Shown here: positions 10,478 to 19,920 of the stretch, piece by piece
Layout: each line of letters begins with the position of its first letter
Numbering within the stretch: position 1 is the first letter of the stretch
Assembly (NCBI GenBank): GCA_050290245.1
Contig: JBNKHH010000029.1
Span: 1 to 46,601, forward strand
DNA length: 46,601 bases
Source of the DNA: Silicimonas sp.
GTDB taxonomy: Bacteria; Pseudomonadota; Alphaproteobacteria; Rhodobacterales; Rhodobacteraceae
Direction: 5' to 3'
The notes under the pieces: generated by a model
What the model saw: the letters and a program-made list of their open reading frames with translations, nothing else
Told to the model about the DNA's origin: nothing
The model's database searches: none
Made by a program: the position numbers and the translations under genes

Positions 10478-11173
10478 TCAGCGCGGTCCGTGACCTTCAC
10501 GGCGCACGTTGGCGAAGAAGGCCTTGAGCGTGTAGGTCGCGCCCGGTGCAAAAGGGCCGATGTCTTCGGCGTCTTGAATCCGGTCGATGCGGAACATGCG
10601 GTAGTTCTGTCTGAGCTCGCACCATGCGGCCAGCGTCCAGACCTTGCCCCAGAACAAAAGGCCGAGGGGGCGGATGACTCGCTCTGTCATCTCGCCTGCC
10701 TCGGTCGCATAGCGGATGTCGATCCGGGTCCGGGATTCGGCTGCTTGCTGGAGCTGGTCGAAGCGGGCACGGGTCGCGTCGTCGAGGGTCGGCATGTCGA
10801 AGGCGTGAATGCCGACTTCATCGGCGCGGATTCGGGCGTCGTCGGGCAGGACGGCACGGATCTTGACGAGCGCCTCTTCGGCTGCCTGACCCATGGCGGC
10901 GCCGCCCCAGGCGCGGATCAGGCGCGCGCCGGCGACAAGGGCGACAATCTCGTCGCGGGTAAACATAAGGGGGGGCAGGTCGAAGCCCGCGCGCATCAGG
11001 TAGCCGACACCGGCCTCGCCCTCGATGGGGACGCCGGTGCCGATCAGGTCAGCAATGTCGCGGTAGATAGTGCGCTCCGAAACCTCGAGCCGCTCAGCCA
11101 GTTGCCGAGCCGTGGTCAGCCGACCGCCGCGCAGATATTGTACGATCTGGAAGAGGCGGTCGGCGCGGCGCAA
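10478..11173 (-). CDS. YafY family transcriptional regulator (HTH plus WYL domain)
   Basis: 231 aa. N-terminus MRRADRLFQIVQYLRGGRLTTARQLAERLEVSERTIYRDI is a canonical YafY HTH, followed by a WYL-like C-terminal domain. TTG start 5 nt after the VOC stop. Confidence 0.85.
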   Translation of the reverse strand: MRRADRLFQIVQYLRGGRLTTARQLAERLEVSERTIYRDIADLIGTGVPIEGEAGVGYLMRAGFDLPPLMFTRDEIVALVAGARLIRAWGGAAMGQAAEEALVKIRAVLPDDARIRADEVGIHAFDMPTLDDATRARFDQLQQAAESRTRIDIRYATEAGEMTERVIRPLGLLFWGKVWTLAAWCELRQNYRMFRIDRIQDAEDIGPFAPGATYTLKAFFANVRREGHGPR

Positions 11174-11177
11174 AGTG

Positions 11178-11555
11178 TCAGCCTTTCTGGGCTTCGAACA
11201 GCCCGATGGAATTACCGTCCGGATCGAGCGCGTATTGGAAACGTCCGACCGGCAAGGGGATCGGGTCGGATTTAACCGTACCGCCGGCCTTCCAGCAACG
11301 CTCAGCGGCCTCTTCCAGCGTATCGGGCACGAGAAGGTGAAGTGTCGGGCCGGTGCCCGGGGCGGCGGGCTCGCCGGGATAGAGGTGGCCAGCGGCAGAG
11401 CCCGGCTGGTTGGGGAACATCGCCATCGGGTTCGGGCCGCTGTCGTCGCGTGTGAGATCGAATGCGAAGACGGCCGAGTAGAAGGTCATGGCGCGGTCGA
11501 GGTCGCGCACGGGGATTTCACCCCAGACGAGAGTGTTGGCGGGTGCGTCGGTCAT
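11178..11555 (-). CDS. VOC family protein (glyoxalase/bleomycin-resistance fold)
   Basis: About 125 aa, VOC-like. I chose ATG at 11555 because AAGGA sits 8 nt upstream; the track ORF extends to 11612. Confidence 0.75.
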   Translation of the reverse strand: MTDAPANTLVWGEIPVRDLDRAMTFYSAVFAFDLTRDDSGPNPMAMFPNQPGSAAGHLYPGEPAAPGTGPTLHLLVPDTLEEAAERCWKAGGTVKSDPIPLPVGRFQYALDPDGNSIGLFEAQKG

Positions 11556-11600
11556 GAATGTCATCCTTTTCAAAGCGAATGACCGTTTGTTGCACACCCC

Positions 11601-11622
11601 TCCTGACAGCATTCTGTCAGGA
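11601..11622. promoter_or_regulatory. Perfect inverted repeat TCCTGACAG-N4-CTGTCAGGA upstream of the VOC-yafY operon (candidate operator)
   Basis: 9-bp arms with a 4-nt spacer, about 46 nt upstream of the VOC start. A second inverted repeat, ATCCTGCC-N7-GGCAGGAT, lies at 11672..11694. Confidence 0.35.
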
Positions 11623-11703
11623 TGTTTCGACGTCCATTGCGGTAGGCGCGGTTTTGGCTGGCCATGTCGGCATCCTGCCTACTTCGGGCAGGATAGTGGC
11701 GTG

Positions 11704-12447
11704 TCAGATTCGGGCGCGGAGCGTCGCGAGCCAGTCGAGGCTGTCCTCTGTTGGTCCCGAGGGATCATATTCTGCGCAGATGGCGCCGTGGTATCCCCAG
11801 TCCAGTATTGTCCTGACGGTGGCAAGGGTGGTGGTGTCGGGGGCAGTTCGACTGGGTGCGGTGGCGATCTGGACGTGTCCGCTGAGATCGCCGACGGCAC
11901 GCCAGATCTCGACTGCATCGCCGTGGATCATATGGGCGTGATAAGTGTCGAATTGGAGTTTCAGGTTGGGGGCAGCGACTTCAGCTACTATCTCGGCGGC
12001 CTGGTAGAAGTCGTTCAGGAAATAGCCGGGCACATCTTTCGGATTCAGGGGCTCGATGGTCAGGATCAGGTCCGGGGCCTCGGCGGCGGCCCATGTGAGG
12101 TTGTCGATCAGCGTGGCGCGGGCCTCTGGCGCGTCCGTCATGCCGGACATGATGTGGAGTTTCGGTGCGCCTGCGGAGCGAGCATAGGTGGTCGCACTTG
12201 TGAAATCGGCGCGAAAAGCGGCGCGATCCTTCGGCAGGGCCGCGCGGCCCCTGGTGTCGCAGTTCGGGGTGTTGATCAGCTCCAACGTCAGGCCCGCCGC
12301 ATGAATGACGCGTCGGAGATCGGCCGCGTTCACGTCGTAGGGAAAGAGCACTTCGACCAGGTCGAAGCCGGCCCGGGCTGCGGCGGCGGGGCGGTCGAGA
12401 AGGGGGACATCGGTGAAAAGCCAAGTGAGGTTGGCACCAATCCTCAT
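11704..12447 (-). CDS. hyi: Hydroxypyruvate isomerase family protein (xylose-isomerase-like TIM barrel)
   Basis: 247 aa reading MRIGANLTWLFTDVPLLDRPAAAARAGFDLVEVLFPY…, characteristic of Hyi/OtnI. I chose the internal ATG at 12447. Confidence 0.8.
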   Translation of the reverse strand: MRIGANLTWLFTDVPLLDRPAAAARAGFDLVEVLFPYDVNAADLRRVIHAAGLTLELINTPNCDTRGRAALPKDRAAFRADFTSATTYARSAGAPKLHIMSGMTDAPEARATLIDNLTWAAAEAPDLILTIEPLNPKDVPGYFLNDFYQAAEIVAEVAAPNLKLQFDTYHAHMIHGDAVEIWRAVGDLSGHVQIATAPSRTAPDTTTLATVRTILDWGYHGAICAEYDPSGPTEDSLDWLATLRARI

Positions 12448-13043
12448 GGCAGTTGGTCCGAAGGGATAACGGGGAAGAATTGGCCTGAAGACCAAAGGCC
12501 GAACCAGCTTTGCCCGTCATGGTCGGCGTGGGCACCGATCTCGACAAGGCGGTAGAAGCTCTTGCGGTCGATAAGGGCTTCGAGCCGGTCCCGGATCAGC
12601 ACGTAGGGCGACGGTTCTCCGGTGTCTGGGTCGCGCACGACGCGGATCGGGTGAGCGGGGCCAGCGGTGGCCGTGTCGCCGAGGTTGGTCTCGAACGTCA
12701 GGACCTGGTTGCGGCCGTGACCTGCGGCGGTGAAATCGACGGCGACGAAGGGGGCGTCGTCGACGGTGATGCCGACCTTTTCGACAGGTGTGACGAGCAC
12801 GTAGCGGTCGCCGTCCTTTCGGAGAATCGTAGAGAAAAGACGAACGAGTTCGGGTCGCCCGATGGGGGTGCCTAGGTAAAACCAGGTGCCGTCGCGGGCG
12901 ATCCGCATGTCGAGATCGCCGCAATCGGGTGGATTCCAGAGGTGGACCGGCGGCAATCCGCGCGAAGTCGCGGCACGAGCGCTTGCCGCGATGCCCTCGG
13001 CGCTCGGTTTCACGCTGTTTTGACCTTGATCGGCGTTTGTCAT
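12444..13043 (-). CDS. DUF1285 domain protein
   Basis: 199 aa with the conserved core WFYLGTPIGRPELVRLFSTIL…VTPVEKVGITVDDAPF. Overlaps the hyi start by 4 nt. Confidence 0.7.
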   Translation of the reverse strand: MTNADQGQNSVKPSAEGIAASARAATSRGLPPVHLWNPPDCGDLDMRIARDGTWFYLGTPIGRPELVRLFSTILRKDGDRYVLVTPVEKVGITVDDAPFVAVDFTAAGHGRNQVLTFETNLGDTATAGPAHPIRVVRDPDTGEPSPYVLIRDRLEALIDRKSFYRLVEIGAHADHDGQSWFGLWSSGQFFPVIPSDQLP

Positions 13044-13102
13044 TTGTGCCCGGCGGAATAGTTCGTTCTACTGGGATCATAGTCAGAACGGGAGCGATTG
13101 CC

Positions 13103-14110
13103 ATGTCCGACACAGCCGATCTTGTGGCCGAGATCGAGGCCCTGGGGTTGAAACTGGCCGAGGCCAAGGCGAGTATCACCAAGAGGTTCATCGGGCAGGA
13201 ACAGGTTGTCGACCTGGTGTTGTCGGCGATCCTGTGCGGCGGGCATGGGTTGCTGGTCGGCTTGCCGGGGTTGGGCAAGACGCGACTGGTGGACACCCTG
13301 TCGACGGTTCTGGGGCTGAACGGAAAGCGCGTGCAGTTCACGCCGGACCTGATGCCGGCGGATATCCTGGGGTCGGAGGTTCTGGAAACCGGGCCGGATG
13401 GGAGCCGGGCGTTCAAGTTCATCGAGGGGCCGATATTCTGTCAGCTCTTGATGGCGGACGAGATCAACCGGGCCAGCCCACGGACGCAGTCGGCCTTGTT
13501 GCAGGCGATGCAGGAAAAGTCGGTGACGGTGGCGGGTGCGGCCCATGATCTGCCGGCACCCTTCCACGTGCTGGCGACGCAGAACCCGATCGAGCAGGAG
13601 GGGACCTATCCCTTGCCTGAGGCGCAGTTGGACCGGTTTCTCGTTCAGATCGACGTACCTTATCCGGACCGGGACACCGAACGGGACATCCTGATCGCGA
13701 CAACCGGTGTTGCCGAAGCGGAATCGACCGCGGTGTTCACCCCGGCTGAGTTGATCGCAGCACAGAAATTGGTGCGGCAGATGCCCGTGGGCGATGGTGT
13801 GCTCGAGCTGATCCTGGACCTGGTGCGGGCCTGTCGGCCTGACGATCCGGGTGCGTTGGACATCGTGCGCGAGAACGTCGGCTGGGGTCCGGGGCCGCGG
13901 GCGGCCCAGGCCTTGATGCTGACGGTTCGCGCGCGCGCGCTTCTCGGGGGGCGGCTTGCGCCGTCGGCTGAGGATGTAGCGGCGCTGGCGGTGCCGGTCC
14001 TGACCCATCGGATGGCTTTGACCTTTGCAGCCCGCGCGCGTGGGCTGGTGCTTGGCGATGTGATCGCCGAGGTCACCCGCAACGTGACCCAGGACGAGGC
14101 CGCTGCGTGA
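13103..14110 (+). CDS. MoxR family AAA+ ATPase
   Basis: 335 aa with Walker A GLPGLGKT, Walker B LLMADEINRASPRTQSALLQAMQE and a MoxR C-terminal region. ATG at 13103 chosen inside track ORF 12929..14110. Confidence 0.9.
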   Translation: MSDTADLVAEIEALGLKLAEAKASITKRFIGQEQVVDLVLSAILCGGHGLLVGLPGLGKTRLVDTLSTVLGLNGKRVQFTPDLMPADILGSEVLETGPDGSRAFKFIEGPIFCQLLMADEINRASPRTQSALLQAMQEKSVTVAGAAHDLPAPFHVLATQNPIEQEGTYPLPEAQLDRFLVQIDVPYPDRDTERDILIATTGVAEAESTAVFTPAELIAAQKLVRQMPVGDGVLELILDLVRACRPDDPGALDIVRENVGWGPGPRAAQALMLTVRARALLGGRLAPSAEDVAALAVPVLTHRMALTFAARARGLVLGDVIAEVTRNVTQDEAAA

Positions 14111-14985
14111 GAGAAGCCGCTCGCCTTCGCCAGGACGCCGAGGCCCTTGCCGGTCCTCTGCCCCCGCTGTTGGCGGCGGCCGAGCACCTCGCGGCCAGCG
14201 TCATGCCGGGCGAGCACGGCCGGCGGCGTGTGGGGCAGGGCGACCAGTTCTGGCAATATCGCCCGAGTCATGCGGGCGACGAGGCGCGGATGATCGACTG
14301 GCGCCGTTCGGCTCGGTCGGAAGACACGTTGTTCGTGCGCGAAAAGGAATGGCAGGCGGCGCAATCTGTTTCGATCTGGCTTGATATGGGGCGGTCGATG
14401 GAGTTTGCCTCGACCAAAAACCTGCCCACCAAGGCGGATGAGGCGCGTCGCCTGGCGTTAGCCCTGTCGGTCCTGTTGATCGGCGCAGGAGAGCGGGTCG
14501 GGTTAACCAATCTCGGGTTGCCGCCACGCGCGGGGCAGTTGCAATTGATGCGTCTGACCGCGGCCATGGCGCTGGAAGAGGACGAGACCGACTACGCGGC
14601 GCCAGACCTGCGTGGTGCGCCATCACGGTCGCGGGCCGTGTTCGTTTCGGATTTCCTTGGTCCGATGGAGCCTGTGGAAAAGGCGCTGACATCGGCGGCC
14701 GATCGGGGCATCGACGGGGCTCTCTTGCACATACTTGATCCCCAGGAAGAGGCGTTTCCCTTTGACGGTCGGACGATCTTCGAATCGATCGGGGGTACGC
14801 TGAGCCATGAGACGTTGAAAGCGGGCGATTTGCGCGACCGCTATCTGCAAAGACTTGCCGAGCGGAAAGATGCCCTGCGCACCCTGACCCGGCGGACAGG
14901 CTGGCAATATCACGTTCACCACACCGGCACGCCAGCGGGCGGCGCCCTGTTGTGGCTCTACACCGCTTTGGAGCGGACCCACTGA
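14107..14985 (+). CDS. DUF58 domain protein (MoxR-associated, VWA-like)
   Basis: 292 aa. GTG start overlaps the moxR stop (GTGA). Typical partner of MoxR. Confidence 0.85.
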   Translation: MREAARLRQDAEALAGPLPPLLAAAEHLAASVMPGEHGRRRVGQGDQFWQYRPSHAGDEARMIDWRRSARSEDTLFVREKEWQAAQSVSIWLDMGRSMEFASTKNLPTKADEARRLALALSVLLIGAGERVGLTNLGLPPRAGQLQLMRLTAAMALEEDETDYAAPDLRGAPSRSRAVFVSDFLGPMEPVEKALTSAADRGIDGALLHILDPQEEAFPFDGRTIFESIGGTLSHETLKAGDLRDRYLQRLAERKDALRTLTRRTGWQYHVHHTGTPAGGALLWLYTALERTH

Positions 14986-17753
14986 TGTGGACGATCGGCC
15001 CCATAGGTTTCGCGGTGCCCTGGCTTTTGCTGGCCCTGACCCTGTTGCCGATCCTCTGGCTTTTGTTGCGGTCCGTGCCGCCCGCGCCGATCCGGCGGAG
15101 GTTTCCGGGCGTCGCGCTGCTGTTGGGGCTGAGCGATGAAGAGACCCAGACCGACCGCACGCCCTGGTGGCTGTTGCTTCTCAGGATGCTGGCGATCGGC
15201 GCGGCTATCGTCGGTTTCGCGGGGCCAATTCTGAACCCGAAGTCGCAGCCCGACAGCACAGGGCCGCTGTTGATCCTGATGGATGGCACCTGGGCAGAGG
15301 CGCCGGACTGGTCGCGGCGGATCGAGCGTGTCGAGGCGCTGCTTGGCGAGGCCGGTCAGGCGGGGCGGCAGACGGCGATCGTCAGCCTCAGCGATCTGCC
15401 CGAGGGCGGTGGCGAGCTGCCGTTCCGTGCGGCCGACGCCTGGGGCGCGAGCCTGCCGGGCTTGGAACCGTCACCGTGGCTGCCGGATGCCGAAAGCGTG
15501 CTGGCCTGGGGCGACGGCCTTGGCGGAGCGTTCCAGACGTTTTGGTTTTCTGACGGGTTGGATCACCCCTGGCGGGCCGACCTTTTGTCCCGTTTGCAGG
15601 CGCGCGGTTCCGTATCGGTGTTTGAAAACGGTCACGGGGTCGTCGCGCTCGAGCCCGCGCGGTTTGACGGCGGTGTCATCGAGGTGCCAGCGCTGAGATC
15701 GCGGACCGGGTCGGAAGAGGTCGTCACCGTCGCTGCGCAGGGAGTGGACCCGGCGGGCACGCCGCGCCAGCTGGCAACACTGGATGTCACCTTTGCGCCG
15801 GGAGACGGCTCGGCAAGAGCAGAGTTGTCCTTGCCGGCCGAGCTGCGTAATCGGGTCAGCCGTTTCGAGATCGTCGGGACCCGCTCGGCCGGCGCAGTCA
15901 GCCTGGCCGACGACAGCCTCAGACGCCGCGAAATCGCGATCATCTCGCCAAGCGAGTCGCGCGAAGGCCTTCAACTGCTGTCTCCGACGCATTTTCTTGA
16001 GCAGGCATTGAGCCCCAGTGCCGACCTGATCAACGGCACGGTCTCGGAGATCGTCCTGGCCAATCCCGATGTGATTATCCTGGCCGATGTCGTCGATTTT
16101 GGCGCCGCCGAGACTGCGAAACTGGAGGAGTGGATCGCCGCGGGTGGCTTGCTTTTGCGTTTTGCGGGGCCACGGCTGGCTGCATCGGACCTGAGCCGTA
16201 TGGAAGAGGATGTGCTGATGCCTGTGCGGTTGCGTGTCGGTGGGCGCAGCATTGGCGGTGCGATGAGTTGGGGCGAGCCGAAGACGTTGCGCGCCTTTTC
16301 GGCGGAAAGCCCGTTCTTCGGCCTGGCGGTGCCCGATGAGGTGACGGTGTCGAGCCAGGTCATGGCGCAGCCGGACCCATCACTGGCCGAACGCACGATC
16401 GCGACCCTGGCCGATGGCACGCCGTTGGTCACGCGAAAACGGATAGAACAGGGCCAGGTGGTTCTGTTTCACGTTACGGCAAATGCTGAATGGTCGACGC
16501 TGCCCCTGTCAGGGCTTTTCGTGCGGATGCTTGAGCGGCTCGCCGTGTCGACTCGCCGGGCGGCTCCGACGGCCGAAGACCTGGTTGGGACGGTCTGGAC
16601 GCTGGACCAGGAGATCAACGGCTTTGGTGAGGTGCGAGAGGCCGGAACGCTGGCGGGGATCGAAGGCGAACTGTTGGCCAGCGCGGTGGCGGGCCCCGAG
16701 TTGCCGCCCGGCCTTTATAGGGGCGAAACACGCCGCCTTGCGCTGAACGCCGTGCCCACCGGTGCTAATCTGGAAGCAGCGACATGGCCCACCTCGGTCG
16801 CGGTCGAAGGCTTTGCCGTTGTTCGGGAAATGCCACTGAAGGGCCTTGTGCTGTCGCTGGCCCTGTGCGCGCTGATGGTGGATATCCTGGCGACACTGTG
16901 GCTTTCGGGGCGGCTTGTGCGCGGCGCCGCGGCGGCGGCACTTGCCCTTGGCATGTTGACTGTATCGCCTGTCGATGGCCACGCCCAAGAAACGGATGTG
17001 GAGCGGCTGGTTGCAGCGGCTTCGGAGGTGACACTGGCCCATGTCCTGACCGGCGACGACGCAGTGGATCAGACTGCGGCGGCGGGGCTGAGGGGCTTGT
17101 CGCAGGTCCTATTCAGACGCACCTCGATCGAGCCGGCTGAGCCGATGGCCGTCAATCTGGAAACCGATGAGCTGTCGCTTTTCCCCTTCCTGTACTGGCC
17201 GGTGACCGAAGCGCAACCGCGCCCTTCGGCCGAGGCCTATGCCAAGCTGAACCGCTATCTCAGGACCGGAGGACTGATCCTGTTCGATACGCGGGACGCA
17301 GGCACATCGGGATTCTCGACCGGGAGCCCTAACGGGCGCAGGCTGCAACAACTGGCGCTGCCCCTGGACGTGCCGCCGCTGGAGCCGATCCCTGACGACC
17401 ATGTCCTGACGCGGACATTCTATCTGTTGCAGGATTTCCCCGGGCGCTACCTGAGCCGGGATGTCTGGGTCGAGGCTGCGCCGGCAGACGCGCAGCAGGC
17501 CGAGGGGATGCCGTTTCGAAATTTGAACGACAATGTGACGCCGGTGGTAATCGGCGGCAACGACTGGGCGGCGGCCTGGGCCATCGGGGATCGTGGGGAG
17601 CCTCTTTACCCGGTCGGGCGCGGGTTCGCCGGGGAACGCCAACGCGAGATCGCCTATCGGTTCGGTGTGAATCTGGTGATGCATGTGCTGACAGGAAACT
17701 ACAAATCCGACCAGGTGCATGTGCCTGCCTTGCTGGATAGGTTGGGCCAATGA
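14985..17753 (+). CDS. Large membrane protein with N-terminal double-TM (BatA-like) domain and C-terminal DUF4159-like domain
   Basis: About 922 aa from ATG at 14985, which overlaps the DUF58 stop (TGATG). Two N-terminal TM helices, an internal TM near residue 630, and a C-terminal ~200 aa region (…LSLFPFLYWPV…) typical of DUF4159. Confidence 0.8.
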   Translation: MWTIGPIGFAVPWLLLALTLLPILWLLLRSVPPAPIRRRFPGVALLLGLSDEETQTDRTPWWLLLLRMLAIGAAIVGFAGPILNPKSQPDSTGPLLILMDGTWAEAPDWSRRIERVEALLGEAGQAGRQTAIVSLSDLPEGGGELPFRAADAWGASLPGLEPSPWLPDAESVLAWGDGLGGAFQTFWFSDGLDHPWRADLLSRLQARGSVSVFENGHGVVALEPARFDGGVIEVPALRSRTGSEEVVTVAAQGVDPAGTPRQLATLDVTFAPGDGSARAELSLPAELRNRVSRFEIVGTRSAGAVSLADDSLRRREIAIISPSESREGLQLLSPTHFLEQALSPSADLINGTVSEIVLANPDVIILADVVDFGAAETAKLEEWIAAGGLLLRFAGPRLAASDLSRMEEDVLMPVRLRVGGRSIGGAMSWGEPKTLRAFSAESPFFGLAVPDEVTVSSQVMAQPDPSLAERTIATLADGTPLVTRKRIEQGQVVLFHVTANAEWSTLPLSGLFVRMLERLAVSTRRAAPTAEDLVGTVWTLDQEINGFGEVREAGTLAGIEGELLASAVAGPELPPGLYRGETRRLALNAVPTGANLEAATWPTSVAVEGFAVVREMPLKGLVLSLALCALMVDILATLWLSGRLVRGAAAAALALGMLTVSPVDGHAQETDVERLVAAASEVTLAHVLTGDDAVDQTAAAGLRGLSQVLFRRTSIEPAEPMAVNLETDELSLFPFLYWPVTEAQPRPSAEAYAKLNRYLRTGGLILFDTRDAGTSGFSTGSPNGRRLQQLALPLDVPPLEPIPDDHVLTRTFYLLQDFPGRYLSRDVWVEAAPADAQQAEGMPFRNLNDNVTPVVIGGNDWAAAWAIGDRGEPLYPVGRGFAGERQREIAYRFGVNLVMHVLTGNYKSDQVHVPALLDRLGQ

Positions 17754-17850
17754 GAATGGGTTGTGCTGACTTCGTCATCGCGGCGCGCGAGGGGCGCCGC
17801 CCCTCTCACTCCTCGGAGTATTTTGAAAAAGAAGAGGCCGGGGGGCGGAT

Positions 17851-19917
17851 GTGATGGACGCCAGCTCGATCATCTTCGATCCGCTTCTGCCCTGGCCGGT
17901 TTTGTGGCTGGGTGTCGGCTTTGCCGTGGTCTTTGTCGGCCTGGCGGTTTGGCGCGGTTTGTCGGGCTGGTGGCTGCGCGGTGCGGCTCTGGCAGTCTTG
18001 TTGCTGGCTGCGGCGAACCCGTCGTTGCAGATCGAAGAGCGAGAGAGCTTGAGCGATATCGTGCTGCTGGTGGTCGACGAGAGCGCGAGCCAGGGAGTCG
18101 GCGGGCGGCCGGACCAGGTATCCGCAGCCCTTCAGGCCTTGGAGGCGGAGGTTGCGGGGCTGGGCAACACCGAGTTGCGGGTCGTTCGTCTTGGAGATGC
18201 CGACGGCAATCGCGGGACCTTGCTCATGGAGGCCCTGACCGGCGCCATGGCGGAGGAGCCGCGCGCTCGGCTGGCAGGGGCCATTCTGTTGAGCGATGGC
18301 CAGGTCCATGACGCGGCGCGCATGCCCGATTTTCCTGCGCCGGTGCACCTGTTGCTGAGTGGTGAGGCGGATGACTGGGATCGTCGTTTGGTGGTGCAGA
18401 ACGCGCCGGCTTTCGCGATCATTGGCGAACCGGTGACGCTGACCTTGCGGATCGAAGACCAGGGAGCGGTTCCCGTTGATCTTCCCGGCCGGGCGCGGAT
18501 CGAAATCGCGGTCGACGGCTCGGAGCCCCAGGCATTTGATGTACCGACGGGAGAAGACCTGCAATTGCCGGTGACGTTGCAGCATGGCGGCATGAATGTG
18601 ATCCAGTTCACCCTGCCCGAGCAGGAAGGTGAACTGACCGACCGCAACAATGCTGCCATCGTACAGATCAACGGGGTGCGGGACCGGCTGCGGGTGCTTC
18701 TGGTTTCGGGCGAGCCCCATGCTGGCGAAAGGACCTGGCGCAACCTGCTGAAATCAGATGCCTCGGTTGATCTGGTGCATTTCACCATCCTTCGCCCGCC
18801 GGAAAAGCAGGACGGGGTGCCGGTCAACGAACTGTCGCTGATCGCTTTTCCGACGCGCGAGTTGTTCCTGGAAAAAATCAGTGAATTCGACCTGATCATA
18901 TTCGACCGATACAAGCGGCGCGGCATCCTGCCGTCGATCTATTTGGATAACGTGCGCCAGTACGTCATGGACGGCGGTGCTCTGCTTGTTGCGGCGGGGC
19001 CGGACTTCGCCTCTGCCGAGTCGATCTATAGATCGCCCCTGTCCGAGATACTGCCGGCGGAACCGACGGGACGGGTGCGCGAGGAGTTGTACGTGCCCCA
19101 GGTGACCGATCTGGGCGAGCGTCATCCGGTGACCGAGGGGCTGACGCCCAAGGTCGAAACCGGTGAACAGCCCTGGGGCCGCTGGATGCGCCTGATCGAC
19201 ACAGTGCCCGAACGCGGTGATACGGTCATGGCGGGTATCGGCGGCGCGCCGCTGTTGATCCTGGACCGGCCGGGCGACGGGCGGGTTGCGCTTTTGGCGT
19301 CGGATCATGCCTGGTTGTGGTCGCGGGGATTCGAGGGGGGCGGGCCGCAACTTGAGCTGTTGCGACGGCTGGCCCACTGGATGATGAAGGAACCGGACCT
19401 CGAGGAAGAGGCTTTGACCGCGACCACCGAGGGCCAGGTGATGTCGATCCAGCGCAGGACGCTGGGCGATTCTGTCGGGCCGGTCGAGATCACCGGGCCG
19501 GATGGGGCGGTGACCCTGGTGCCGATGGAGGAGGATTCACCGGGACGGTTCGGGGCCGAGTGGACCGGACCCGAGATTGGGCTGTACCGTTTGAAGGAAG
19601 GCGATCGTGAGAGCGTCGTCGCTCTTGGCCCGGCCGCGCCGAAGGAATTCGAGGAAACCATAGCCACCTCTGAGATCCTCTCGCCGTCGGTCGAGGGCGC
19701 GCGCGGTGGCGTGCACCGGATCGCCGATGGCGTACCGGATGTGCGCCGGGTGCGCGAATGGCGAGTCGCCACGGGGCGCGGCTGGATCGGGATCACCCCG
19801 CGCGAGGCTTACCTTACTGCGGATATCCGCATTTCGCCTTTGCTGCCGGCCTGGGCGATGCTGTTGCTTGCCTCGCTGATGGCGGTCGCGGCCTGGCTTT
19901 GGGAAGGCCGGCGCTGA
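17851..19917 (+). CDS. Membrane-anchored protein, fourth gene of the MoxR module (unknown function)
   Basis: 688 aa with two N-terminal TM helices and a C-terminal TM (AWAMLLLASLMAVAAWLW). Gene-like codon usage. Sits 97 nt downstream of the previous gene. Confidence 0.7.
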   Translation: MMDASSIIFDPLLPWPVLWLGVGFAVVFVGLAVWRGLSGWWLRGAALAVLLLAAANPSLQIEERESLSDIVLLVVDESASQGVGGRPDQVSAALQALEAEVAGLGNTELRVVRLGDADGNRGTLLMEALTGAMAEEPRARLAGAILLSDGQVHDAARMPDFPAPVHLLLSGEADDWDRRLVVQNAPAFAIIGEPVTLTLRIEDQGAVPVDLPGRARIEIAVDGSEPQAFDVPTGEDLQLPVTLQHGGMNVIQFTLPEQEGELTDRNNAAIVQINGVRDRLRVLLVSGEPHAGERTWRNLLKSDASVDLVHFTILRPPEKQDGVPVNELSLIAFPTRELFLEKISEFDLIIFDRYKRRGILPSIYLDNVRQYVMDGGALLVAAGPDFASAESIYRSPLSEILPAEPTGRVREELYVPQVTDLGERHPVTEGLTPKVETGEQPWGRWMRLIDTVPERGDTVMAGIGGAPLLILDRPGDGRVALLASDHAWLWSRGFEGGGPQLELLRRLAHWMMKEPDLEEEALTATTEGQVMSIQRRTLGDSVGPVEITGPDGAVTLVPMEEDSPGRFGAEWTGPEIGLYRLKEGDRESVVALGPAAPKEFEETIATSEILSPSVEGARGGVHRIADGVPDVRRVREWRVATGRGWIGITPREAYLTADIRISPLLPAWAMLLLASLMAVAAWLWEGRR

Positions 19918-19920
19918 GGA

